Source of the DNA: an uncultured delta proteobacterium
GTDB taxonomy: Bacteria; Desulfobacterota; BSN033; UBA1163
DNA: 64,000 nt
Assembly (NCBI GenBank): GCA_963827685.1
Contig: CAWHBU010000005.1
Location: forward strand, 32,001-96,000
Reading direction: 5' to 3'
Position numbers and translations under genes: made by a program. Position 1 is the first letter of the stretch, and each line of letters begins with the position of its first letter. Below are positions 39,826 through 49,245 of the stretch, piece by piece. The notes beneath the pieces were generated by a model. It did not search any database and had not been told where the DNA came from. It was given only the letters and a program-made list of their open reading frames with translations.

Positions 39826-40644
39826 TTAAAGCCCTGTTAGTTCCGCTGAATCAGTATACGGAATAATTGCTCCATTGGGCTGTTTCTTCCAAATTTTTTC
39901 TTTATGGGCCGCATCATATGCCATACGTTCTTCAGGAAATTTCATGGCAATCCGAGTGATAATTCTTTTTTCCTCCCGGCTAAGGGGTTTAGCGTCTGAC
40001 TCATCAGCTTCTATGATGTCCTGAATGAGATCCTTGTAGTTATTAAGTTGAGGCCCGTAGGGGAGGGCGGCATAGGTGGACCCTGTCAAGCTTTCCCCTG
40101 TTTCCCGGTGAGCCACCATATCTGCATACCAAAGATATTTTGCTGCAAAGAGCATCTTGTCATTCTTCTTCAGGATATGTTTACCCAGAACGGACTCAAA
40201 TTCTTTCAACACCAATTTTATCCTAGGGATTGAAAATGTCCGATTTCCGGTACAGCTATCTCCGACACTCTGACCTCCAAGAGCAATCCTGAGCGCATGG
40301 TCCATGGATTTGCTCTGGATGGTTCCTCCCTCCCACCTCTTGATGCTGGCAATTCCGACATTCATACGCTTTGCAAGAGCCTCCTGAGTCAATCCTAATC
40401 TCTTCCTCTTCCCAACGATTTCATCCCCTGTTATCAGGTTAACTGCTTTGCGGTAAGCATCAGCCATCGTCTTCTGAATGCGTGCTGCCTGGGTGACCGT
40501 TGCTGCCTCCACACCGCATACTGTACATCGATATTGTTCTGTCAGGACGATTATTTTAACACCACGGAAAGTCATTCGTTTTTTTGTTTTCCTCAGCACC
40601 GTTTTTCCATGCCCGCTCGGGCAATCCATTCTTACCTCTTTCAT
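39826..40644 (-). CDS. MqsA-like antitoxin: Zn finger, HTH and DUF4065 (Panacea/SocA-like) domain
   Basis: CPSGH...CTVC, LTQEALA..VGIASIKRWEGG, KYLWYAD...SLTGSTYAALPYGP. Confidence 0.82.
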   Translation of the reverse strand: MKEVRMDCPSGHGKTVLRKTKKRMTFRGVKIIVLTEQYRCTVCGVEAATVTQAARIQKTMADAYRKAVNLITGDEIVGKRKRLGLTQEALAKRMNVGIASIKRWEGGTIQSKSMDHALRIALGGQSVGDSCTGNRTFSIPRIKLVLKEFESVLGKHILKKNDKMLFAAKYLWYADMVAHRETGESLTGSTYAALPYGPQLNNYKDLIQDIIEADESDAKPLSREEKRIITRIAMKFPEERMAYDAAHKEKIWKKQPNGAIIPYTDSAELTGL

Positions 40645-40645
40645 T

Positions 40646-41020
40646 TTATTCCCTCTCATCTTCTTTTCGGTCTTCGTGAAGTGACACAAGCCACATCCTC
40701 TTCACTTTAATTGTAAACTTGAGATAGACCCTGCAACCCAATGTTTTACTTAACCACCGAAACGCCAAGAGCTCGTAACCTTCTATGTCATGCTCATAAG
40801 ATCGTTGCGGTGGATATTGCCCCGCATAATGGTTGGGGGTAATTTCTTCTAATAAATCGATCAGGATAAACGAAATATTTTGAAGATTGACGCCTAATTC
40901 AATTGCATCAGCGGCAATGATAACCGGATTCAAGATAGAAAATTGATTCTCTGATACCGCTTCCTTTGCCTGTTTTATCTTACGGTTGATTTCTTTGTGA
41001 GAAGGTCGGTCCATAAACAT
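40646..41020 (-). CDS. Probable MqsR/RelE-fold toxin
   Basis: Upstream of the MqsA-like gene; C-terminal VYLKF......LVSLH; operator palindrome GGTATCAATTGATACC at 41024-41039. Confidence 0.7.
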   Translation of the reverse strand: MFMDRPSHKEINRKIKQAKEAVSENQFSILNPVIIAADAIELGVNLQNISFILIDLLEEITPNHYAGQYPPQRSYEHDIEGYELLAFRWLSKTLGCRVYLKFTIKVKRMWLVSLHEDRKEDERE

Positions 41021-41352
41021 TATGGTATCAATTGATACCTTTTGTCAATAGAAAAATTGAGCATCCTAATCTACTGGGCATCTGGGGAACATTGTTAATT
41101 TCTTAAACTTATTTTGCTTTTCAGAAATCTCATCCACCCCCAGCTTTCTTATCGTGAAGCGTGAGGCGTAAGTCGTAAGGTGTAAAAACAAAAAAGCCCA
41201 TCCCTAATCATAGAACCTAAAACAAAAACGTGAATTGTGACTCGTGATTCGTGATTCGTCACTGCAAATAAGAATAAAACGCAAGGCGTCAGTTGTAAGG
41301 GAAAACCAGAAAAACATCCGATTAGGTCTTAAATGTGAATCCTTACTCTTTA

Positions 41353-41925
41353 TCAAATTTTCCTCTTCATTTTTGTGATATAAGGAACTTTAGCTTCCTC
41401 AACTAGGAATCCAATCGGGCGCTTCTTGGATTCCGGTGGTTTCATCAGTTCCCTAATGGCGTCAAAAACCACCCTGAACTGAGCATCGTATTTCTTTTCC
41501 AATGCGTCAAGTTTACGAGCCAAATCGGCATGGGATGCAAGTATCCTTCGAAGACGAACGAAAGCCCGCATGATCTCGATGTTAACCTGAACGGCTCTCT
41601 CACTATTTAATACACTCGAAAGCATTGCTACACCTTGCTCTGTAAACGCATAGGGTAGGTAACGCCGCCCTCCTCGCCCCTCCTTTGAGGTCGCAAATTG
41701 CGACCTCAAAAGGTGAGTCTCTGACTCTGTCAATTGAAACATGAAATCTTCCGGAAACCTGGAAAGATTACGCCTTACCTGTTCATTCAGTCTTTTAGTT
41801 GTTACCCCATAGAGTTCCGCAATATCGGAATCCAGCATAACTTTATGACCACGAATTAGAAGTATCAACCGTTCAATGTGCTCAATAGGAATCAAGGATC
41901 TGTCTTTTGACATTTTATCATTCAT
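41353..41925 (-). CDS. ORF6N domain DNA-binding protein
   Basis: [41 protein letters not shown]. Confidence 0.93.
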   Translation of the reverse strand: MNDKMSKDRSLIPIEHIERLILLIRGHKVMLDSDIAELYGVTTKRLNEQVRRNLSRFPEDFMFQLTESETHLLRSQFATSKEGRGGRRYLPYAFTEQGVAMLSSVLNSERAVQVNIEIMRAFVRLRRILASHADLARKLDALEKKYDAQFRVVFDAIRELMKPPESKKRPIGFLVEEAKVPYITKMKRKI

Positions 41926-42009
41926 TAACTCTCCTGACCTTTCAATTGTTCAGATGTTCTCCCATAACCGTGAGTCGGGATTCGTGACTCGTGAAATTCG
42001 TGAGAGTTA

Positions 42010-42085
42010 AAACAAGAAAGCCCATTCGTTTTGAGAACAGGCTTAAGTTCGATCACACAATTTTTCAATTTTTGAATCCCCCACC
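42010..42085 (-). terminator. About 75-bp repeat containing a minus-strand intrinsic terminator (other copies about 45261-45337 and 49338-49413)
   Basis: Minus strand AAGCCTGTTC-loop-GAATGGGCTT followed by a U-rich tail; three similar copies. Confidence 0.75.
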
Positions 42086-42221
42086 GGCCCCACTATATCA
42101 GAAACGCAATCGGATGACAATCAAAAATGCTGATTGCGGAACTCGGATTGCGGAATATCAATTCAGTAAACTCTCATTCTTTTCCAACTAATTCTGTTAC
42201 TGATCCGATTCCCGGAAAGGC

Positions 42222-42800
42222 TCAGCGTCGCCTCTCCCTTTTAGATCCTTTTGATGTTCCGTACGGGACATGCGGTTCCTCAACAAGGAATCCAATTGGG
42301 CGCTTCTTCGGCTCTGGGGTCGCCATCAGTTGCCTGATAGCAACAACCAGGGATCGTATCGATTCATCATGATTTTGGAGCTTTCTCTCCAGCTCAGCCA
42401 GCTTGTGAGCTAACTCCTTATGCGTTGCCAGCATCTCGCGAAGTTTGACAAATGCTCGTACTACAAATACACTAACTTGTATAGCACGTTTTGTATTTAG
42501 AACACTGGCAACCATGATCGCCCCGTGTTCGGTAAATGCATTAGGTAAGACCGGCGAGAATTTGAGTTTCGCGAGGTGGTCGCAAATTGCGACCACCTCA
42601 GCCTTTTCCTTTTTCGTAAGCTGGAACATAAAATCTTCGGGGAATCGGCCGCGATTGCGTTTAACTTGCTCATTCAGCCGCTTCGTGGTTGTTCCATAAA
42701 GACCTGCCAGATCGGCGTCCAGCATGACCCTTTGTCCCCGGATTAACAAGATCCGCTCCTCAATCTGCCCAATTGGGAGGATGGCTTTCTGACCTGTCAC
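42222..42800 (-). CDS. ORF6N domain DNA-binding protein (paralog)
   Basis: [35 protein letters not shown]. Confidence 0.93.
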   Translation of the reverse strand: MTGQKAILPIGQIEERILLIRGQRVMLDADLAGLYGTTTKRLNEQVKRNRGRFPEDFMFQLTKKEKAEVVAICDHLAKLKFSPVLPNAFTEHGAIMVASVLNTKRAIQVSVFVVRAFVKLREMLATHKELAHKLAELERKLQNHDESIRSLVVAIRQLMATPEPKKRPIGFLVEEPHVPYGTSKGSKRERRR

Positions 42801-42878
42801 TCTCTTAACTCCATTTCTAGTTACGCGATAAGGTCACAATTTGTGACCTTAAACAAGAGAATAAGCTTCAGCCAGCCG

Positions 42879-43466
42879 TTATCCTCCCATTGTTTCAAGC
42901 TCATCCTGGGATCCTATGATAAATATTTTGGGCGATTCCATGACGCTGGAAACAAAGTGCTCTTTTGTCCGGATACGCTTTCGAAACTCATCCTCATGCA
43001 AAACGTGCGGATTCACCTCACGCCCTATTTTTTCTTCAATGCCGGACAATAATCGAGAAAGGTCTCGCAATCCGAGTTGGCCAATGACCATTAAATCCGC
43101 ATCGCTGCCGGCTTTTTCCTCCCCGCGGGCGATGGACCCGAATACAAAGGCCGCACGAATCCTCTTATCTTTGAGCGCAGACTTCAGTACGTCAGACAGG
43201 CCCGAGGTCTTCAGCACCAGATTACGAATGTCAGGGTAGAGAGGGTTTTCGGTTTTGGCACGATAATAGACGCGATTGCTGTCCTTGCGGCTGTGAACGA
43301 GATCCAGACGGACCAGTTTACGCAGTTCCTGCCTAAGGGTGCTATCATTCAGACCGGAACGGCGTTCGATCTCCCGCACATGCAGCTCCTCACCCGTTCC
43401 GCTAAAAAGGAGCCGGAATATCTCCGCACGCGCTCGCGATGAAAGAAGTTCAGCCAATCGATTCAT
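42879..43466 (-). CDS. wHTH plus MNT antitoxin; HEPN partner cut after about 13 codons (start 42904)
   Basis: FVFGSIARGEE..GSDADL, IGREVNP; downstream MSLKQWEDNGWLK then unrelated sequence. Confidence 0.88.
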   Translation of the reverse strand: MNRLAELLSSRARAEIFRLLFSGTGEELHVREIERRSGLNDSTLRQELRKLVRLDLVHSRKDSNRVYYRAKTENPLYPDIRNLVLKTSGLSDVLKSALKDKRIRAAFVFGSIARGEEKAGSDADLMVIGQLGLRDLSRLLSGIEEKIGREVNPHVLHEDEFRKRIRTKEHFVSSVMESPKIFIIGSQDELETMGG

Positions 43467-43520
43467 ATTGCGTGTTTATACCACGCAATTGCGTGGTTTG
43501 TCCACTCATTTTTTCTGTGA

Positions 43521-45061
43521 TGTGTTAGCAAAGTAGAAATGTCCCCATTAACTGCTTAAGTTAAAATGTCCCCATGGAACAGGAGAAGATACTCATGGGG
43601 CAGAGGGAGTTAAAGAGGTGGCATCTGATGGAGATCGTAAAGGTAGGGAAGATCACCTTGAGGGAGGCTGGAGAGAGGATAGGTGTGTCCTACCGTCAGG
43701 CGAAGCGGATTGGGCAAGCGATCCGGGAGAGAGGGATCAAAGCCTTGGTGCATGGTAACAGGGGACGACCTTCGAACCACCGGCTCAAGGAGTCCTTACG
43801 AGAAAGGGTATTAAAGCTGTCGGAAGAGGTTTACTGGGACTTTAACGATACCCATTTTACGGAGAAACTTCGGGAGTGCGAAGGGATCGATTTGAATCGA
43901 GAGACGGTGAGGAAGTTACGGCGGGAGGCGGGGATGGCACCCAAGCGCAGGCGTCGGGGACCTAAGCATCGAAAGCGACGGGAGCGAATGGCTCAAGAAG
44001 GATGGATGGTCCTCTGGGATGGGAGTCCCCACCCCTGGTTTGGCCGAGACCTTCCACCTTGCTGTCTGATGGCTGCCATCGATGATGCGACCGGGAAACT
44101 GCTGGCCGCCCGTTTCTTTCCCTTTGAAGGTTCCGCAGGCTATTTCTGGCTTCTTAAAGAGATGATTAAAAAATATGGAATCCCAATGATGATCTATCAG
44201 GATCGCCACGGGTCGTTGCATCGGAATGACCCTCACTGGAGCTTGGAAGAGCAACTCGCTGGCCGACAGGAACCGACTCAAGTCGGATTAGCTCTCGAAG
44301 CCTTGGGGATTGAGCCGATCTCGGCTCTTTCTCCTCAGGCCAAAGGAAGGATAGAAAAACTCTTTGCCACCCTGCAGGATCGTCTGGGAGCAGAACTCCG
44401 TTTAAAAGAAATTGTAACGATGGAAGAGGCCAATCGCTTTTTACAATCAACCTTTTTAAAAGACTTTAACCGTCGCTTTGCCGTCAGACCCAGAGAATCC
44501 CAAAAAGCCTGGAGAGAAGTCCCAAACCATCTGGACCTGGATCGAATCATCAGCTTTCGCTATACGGCTACGGTCGGCAACGATAATACGGCTCGGCTGG
44601 GAGGATTGGTTCTCGATATTCCCCCTGGCCCTCAAAGAAGATCCTATGCGAAGCTCAAGGTGGAAGCTCGGCAGCTTCTCAACGGATCTTGGAGAATCTA
44701 CGCTCAAGATCAGTTGATTGCGAAACATCCTCCTACTTCCCTCCGGGAACCGGTGAGAGCTCTTCCCCGAAAGAAACACCATGCAAAAGGAGTTAAAGAT
44801 TACCACTGGGTCTATCTCGCTTCAGCACCCTCCAGGGAAGGTGACCCTTACCCCCTGCTCATCGAACATCGTTGATTGTAGCGCAACCTGGCGATTCACA
44901 TTTCGCTTGTTGCCCATTAATAGGGATCTCTTATGAGAGCTCACTTAAAAAAAAGAAACTCAAATTGAAGTTCATCCACTCACTCAAGGGTCAAGATCAA
45001 AACCCTTGGAGGGGACATTTTCACGTTGCAGTTAAGGGGACATATTGACTTCGCTTAAACA
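43521..45061 (+). mobile_element. IS1202-family (ISNCY) insertion sequence, 1541 bp
   Basis: TGT...ACA ends with internally repeated AAATGTCCCC boxes; 16-bp duplication CTCATTTTTTCTGTGA at 43505-43520 and 45062-45077. Confidence 0.88.
43574..44875 (+). CDS. IS1202/ISNCY DDE transposase
   Basis: HGNRGR, WDGSPHPWF, IDDATG, YQDRH, SPQAKGRIEK.F.TLQDRL. Confidence 0.92.
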   Translation: MEQEKILMGQRELKRWHLMEIVKVGKITLREAGERIGVSYRQAKRIGQAIRERGIKALVHGNRGRPSNHRLKESLRERVLKLSEEVYWDFNDTHFTEKLRECEGIDLNRETVRKLRREAGMAPKRRRRGPKHRKRRERMAQEGWMVLWDGSPHPWFGRDLPPCCLMAAIDDATGKLLAARFFPFEGSAGYFWLLKEMIKKYGIPMMIYQDRHGSLHRNDPHWSLEEQLAGRQEPTQVGLALEALGIEPISALSPQAKGRIEKLFATLQDRLGAELRLKEIVTMEEANRFLQSTFLKDFNRRFAVRPRESQKAWREVPNHLDLDRIISFRYTATVGNDNTARLGGLVLDIPPGPQRRSYAKLKVEARQLLNGSWRIYAQDQLIAKHPPTSLREPVRALPRKKHHAKGVKDYHWVYLASAPSREGDPYPLLIEHR

Positions 45062-45553
45062 CTCATTTTTTCTGTGATTTCGGTGCACCTCCACCCCTCT
45101 TTTCTGGGAGCTTTCGGGCTATATTATCCCGCCCTCACCTTTCAATTGTTCAGATGCATTCCAAATGCGGATTGCGGATTGCTGAATGCGGATTGTAAAC
45201 ACATTTGAAACCCATTCTATTTTCCCTAACCCACCGCGGAGCAACAGGCGTAAGGGACAAAAAACAAAAAAACCCATTCTTTTTGAGAACAGGCTTGAGT
45301 TCGATCACGCAATTTTTCAATATTTGAATCCCCCACCCTGTCAATTGCAGATTGTAGATTGCGAATTGCGGATTGAAGATATGGAACTCATTTACCTAAA
45401 TAATATTACTTAAAGAATTTGCCTCACTATATCAAAAAAGAAACCCAATGGCAATTGTAGAGCATTCTTTCTGCCGATTTATCCCTATTTTTCATTTATC
45501 ATTCAAGTCAAATTTCAATTCTAACTGAGGGTTTTGGGATTTTTTTGATCAGT

Positions 45554-46120
45554 TTATCCACTTTTTAAGATTCCTTTCAGAATGACAACTCTCCCTTTCA
45601 GAATTAAATTTAAAAAGCCCCCTTCCTTCTCCCTTTCCTTTTCGAATTCCTCGCGGGTATAAATGGTAAAATTGATCTCCCTCCCCAATTTGAATTCGAG
45701 GTTCCGGATACCCCGAGTAAATTTATTCCGAGGGAACTTCCCCACTGCAATCAGATCAATATCCGATGTCTTTTTCCCCCTCTCTCTCGCATAAGATCCA
45801 TAAACGAAGGCAAGCGATATTCCTTTAAACCTTCCCACGATCGCCTTGAGGCTGCCTTCCACACCCTCGGTTTTGAAAATGATCTTTTTCAGTTCTCGAA
45901 ACAGCGGATACTTTTTATTAAGAGAATAGAGTTTGACCCTACCCCTCGTCACCGAAGTATAAAGCCCTTCTTCCTCCAGAACCCTCAATTCTCTTGAAAG
46001 GTTGCCCGGGTCTTCTTCAATCAGACCAGAAAGCTCTCTGACATAGTAATCTTCACCAGGGTGGGTAAAAGAATAGGTTAACAATTTTTTTCTTAATTTC
46101 GTATTGAGCAACACCGACAT
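45554..46120 (-). CDS. wHTH plus MNT antitoxin; partner apparently cut after a few codons
   Basis: YVRELS, GNLSREL, FVYGSYAR....SDIDL, LGREIN; overlapping GTG start gives MDKLIKK then an early stop. Confidence 0.86.
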   Translation of the reverse strand: MSVLLNTKLRKKLLTYSFTHPGEDYYVRELSGLIEEDPGNLSRELRVLEEEGLYTSVTRGRVKLYSLNKKYPLFRELKKIIFKTEGVEGSLKAIVGRFKGISLAFVYGSYARERGKKTSDIDLIAVGKFPRNKFTRGIRNLEFKLGREINFTIYTREEFEKEREKEGGFLNLILKGRVVILKGILKSG

Positions 46121-46394
46121 GTTTTAGGCCTTCTTTTGTTGTTATTTTTACATCATTTGTTGTAAATGATACAACAAAGACTATCCTGATTCAAGGACTT
46201 TCGGCAGGGATCTATTGTGAAGCTCTCCGGCCACAGGCCGGGGCTTCCCGGGCACGTAGTGGCGAGCGGGAAGCGAGCAAAGGAAATATCGTTTTAATTG
46301 TGCCCTTTGACCCCGCCTATCCCGCTTTGGCGGGACGGGGCACTTGGCGGCCAATTTTGAGGACGCTGTCCGCAATTTCTCGGCACGTTGTACG

Positions 46395-46515
46395 GATGAG
46401 GCGTTCGGCATTGGGCCAGGTCACGATCCGCCATGCTTAGCAAGTCAGAAATCTCTTGGCGACTCGTTTGGTGCTCAATGAGCCAGCGGCTTTTTAGCCA
46501 GTCTTGCAAGCTCAC
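46395..46515 (-). pseudogene. Truncated HEPN-type partner, about 40 codons
   Basis: MSLQDWLKSRWLIEHQTSRQEISDLLSMADRDLAQCRTPH, then unrelated repeat-containing sequence. Confidence 0.62.
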
Positions 46516-47101
46516 GTTTGTCTCCGATGAGGAACAACATGGGTCCTCTTAAGACAGTGTTGAGGAAATGGTGCCCTGCCGCCACTTTTGATCGGAACTC
46601 CGCAGGAGGATAAACGGTTGGATTGATCTCCCGGCCAAGTGTCTTTTGAGCCTCGCTAAGCGATGACACAATCTCAGCAAATGTTACCTTGCCCACGACC
46701 AGGACATCCACATCGCTATCCCGGTGTTCTTCACTGCGCGCCATGGATCCATAGATGAAAGCCACATTGATGCGGCCACCCAAAGGCGCCAAGGCAGCTT
46801 GCAGCGTTGCCCCCACTCCAACCGTCTTGACGACCAGGTTTTTCAGCTCTGCAAATACAGGGCAACGGGGATTCGCCTGGTAATAGACCTGCCGCCCACG
46901 AACGATGCGCTGGATAATCCCAGCGTCTGAAAGCTGCTTCAACTCCCTCTGCACTGCACCCAGCCCGACTCCGGCGGCGCGAACGATTTGCCGCAGATAA
47001 AAAGCATCGTCGATATGGCTGTAGAGTAAAGAAAGGACTGCCCGGCGGGTCTTACTAAACAGGGTCCTGGATAGGTTATCGCTGTCAGGCAACGTACTCA
47101 T
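46475..47101 (-). CDS. ArsR-type wHTH plus MNT antitoxin (copy B)
   Basis: Protein identical to copy A except LFGK to LFSK. Confidence 0.88.
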   Translation of the reverse strand: MSTLPDSDNLSRTLFSKTRRAVLSLLYSHIDDAFYLRQIVRAAGVGLGAVQRELKQLSDAGIIQRIVRGRQVYYQANPRCPVFAELKNLVVKTVGVGATLQAALAPLGGRINVAFIYGSMARSEEHRDSDVDVLVVGKVTFAEIVSSLSEAQKTLGREINPTVYPPAEFRSKVAAGHHFLNTVLRGPMLFLIGDKRELARLAKKPLAH

Positions 47102-47546
47102 TGTGGGTACGATTTTCAAGACACTCCTTTTCGTTCACCCCTGCAAGACATTCCGTTTCAGGTCTAGAACTCTGAATTAACCTCATCCATCCTCACCTTT
47201 CACATACCAACATAACGCATAGAGCATAGCGCAAAGCGCATAGCGTAAATTCTTTATCGTGAAGCGCGAGGCGTAAGTCGTAAGACGCAAGCATTCCAAT
47301 CGTGTCTGTGTCTCTTGTCGCGTGTTCGCTTTAAATAGATAACTCTGTCGAACCAAAAATATTATTACCCTCTTTTTTACCCCCTTCAAATCCCCCTTCG
47401 TCTTCCCTTTGTTAAAGTGGGGTATCAAACCTAATTCACCCCCACCTTTATCCTCCCCCGTCAGGGGGGAGGAAGTGAATTGAGGTGCCCCGTTGATGGA
47501 GAAGGGGCAGAAGGTAATAGCATCATTAATCTATTTCGTGATCCTA

Positions 47547-48605
47547 TTAATCGCTCCATGATCCTATTCGCTCCCATTCGGCGTCTCGCCCTTTTCCGAG
47601 ACACCGAATTTTCTTTTGCCTCTTCAAATCCATTAGAGCCCTCTTCAAGGTTGGATAGCTAATGCCAGGACAGGCCCTTTGAAGTTCCCCGAAACGAAAG
47701 CGAGTGGGCATATGTTTGATCGTCTGCTGTACCATTTCTCTTTTTGCCCCTCTGGCCGTGCTGATTGTTCCAACCCGTTCTTCAAATTCCTTATAAGCAG
47801 CTATGATTGTTCCTAAGAAGTATTCCCACCAAGGTCTGAGGTCGTGTTTGGCTTCGTACCATTCATGAGAGCTTTTCAAAAGTACTTCATAATGAGTCTC
47901 TTTGCTTTCCTCGATGATCCTCTCCAGACTTATGTAGCGACCGACCTCGTAGCCGGCCTGATAGAGCAGAAGAAGGGTCAATAGGCGACCAATTCTCCCG
48001 TTTCCATCCCAGAAGGGATGTATGCATTCAAAATCAAAAATAAATGAAGCGATCAGAAGGAGAGGCTCTGCCTGCCCATCATCCACTGCTTGATGGTAGA
48101 AAGTACAAACTTTCTTCATGAATTCGGGTGTCGCCAGAGCAGAAACAGGACGAAACCGAACGACCTGCCTTCCATCGGAGAGAACCTCCAAGATCGCATT
48201 ATCCTTCTCTTTCCAACGGCCGCCCTTCTCAGAGGTGTGAGCATACATCTTGCGATGAAACTCGAGAATGAGTTCAGGGGCCAACTTCATGCGTTTTGAA
48301 TTAGCATGGATCTCAGCCAAGACGTCTCTATAGCCTGCTATCTCTCCCTCTGAGCGGTTTTTCGGTGTCGTTTTCTTTGCAACAATAGCTTCAAGTCGGT
48401 CGGCTGCTGCAGTTACTCCTTCAATTCGGTTCGACAACTCTACACTCTGGACCATTGCCACTCGCCTTAATGTCTCAAGTAATTCAGGTGACTGTTCATG
48501 ATAAAGGCTCTGGCATCCCCGATACTCACCCAGAGCGCGTACCGTCATCAAAAGCTTTTGAGAAATAGGTTGTTCAAGCAGGTATCCATATTCAAAAGAA
48601 TGCAT
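47547..48605 (-). CDS. Fic family protein
   Basis: S.RIEG inhibitory helix, HPFWDGNGRIGR catalytic motif, C-terminal wHTH. Confidence 0.95.
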   Translation of the reverse strand: MHSFEYGYLLEQPISQKLLMTVRALGEYRGCQSLYHEQSPELLETLRRVAMVQSVELSNRIEGVTAAADRLEAIVAKKTTPKNRSEGEIAGYRDVLAEIHANSKRMKLAPELILEFHRKMYAHTSEKGGRWKEKDNAILEVLSDGRQVVRFRPVSALATPEFMKKVCTFYHQAVDDGQAEPLLLIASFIFDFECIHPFWDGNGRIGRLLTLLLLYQAGYEVGRYISLERIIEESKETHYEVLLKSSHEWYEAKHDLRPWWEYFLGTIIAAYKEFEERVGTISTARGAKREMVQQTIKHMPTRFRFGELQRACPGISYPTLKRALMDLKRQKKIRCLGKGRDAEWERIGSWSD

Positions 48606-48713
48606 TTACCCTCCTCAATGTCTACCGGTTTAATGCTGAGATTTCCAATAGCGAAAAGTCATCATTTCCTGAAGTCCTAATAAAGAGTGAGCCGTGATGA
48701 AATCCTAAACTGA

Positions 48714-48989
48714 TTAGCTGGCTTTTTTAACTACTTTGAGTTCCTTTCGTACTACTTCTCTCACAATATCCTGAATTGGACGCCTATCCTGTTTGATGTA
48801 GTTGCGCAAGGCCTGGTTTATGGCAGTCTGGTATCCTCGGCCCTCACGCTCAGCTTCCTCCCTAAACCACTCCAGTATATCCGAATCGATGAAGATCGTG
48901 ATCCTGGTTTTGCCCTTTTGCGGGATAACCGGTCCTCGCTTGCCTTTGCTGAAGTCATATTCCCCCAGCATCTCATTCTTTTTGCTCAT
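48714..48989 (-). CDS. BrnA family antitoxin
   Basis: EYDFSKGKRG, KTRITI.ID.DILEWF...GYQT.IN.AL. Confidence 0.92.
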   Translation of the reverse strand: MSKKNEMLGEYDFSKGKRGPVIPQKGKTRITIFIDSDILEWFREEAEREGRGYQTAINQALRNYIKQDRRPIQDIVREVVRKELKVVKKAS

Positions 48990-49245
48990 AAATCCTCCGC
49001 TCCTTTGGAGTTGCCTTCCGGGCTGAAATCAATCTGATTTCTTCCTCACCTGAATAAGCGTAAACAACTACCAGCACCCTTCCCAAAATGTCTGCCCCGA
49101 TGGTTACAAAACGTTGTTCACCGTGCCGGGTATCTTCTATGGTTACCGCCATGGGATCGTCAAGCACAGTGGCGGCATGGGAAAACTCGATGCCATGATT
49201 CCGAATGTTCCTTGCGGCCTTTCTAGTATCCCAAACAACTTTCAT
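48973..49245 (-). CDS. BrnT family toxin
   Basis: WD.RKA..N..NHGI.F, E.RFVTIG, IRLISARKAT..E...Y. Confidence 0.94.
   Translation of the reverse strand: MKVVWDTRKAARNIRNHGIEFSHAATVLDDPMAVTIEDTRHGEQRFVTIGADILGRVLVVVYAYSGEEEIRLISARKATPKERRIYEQKE

Noticed and set aside
42070-42095. tRNA 3'-end-like text TTTGAATCCCCCACC
   Set aside because: Spacing does not fit a T-arm/acceptor stem and no cloverleaf forms; no tRNA or rRNA genes were recognised in the window.
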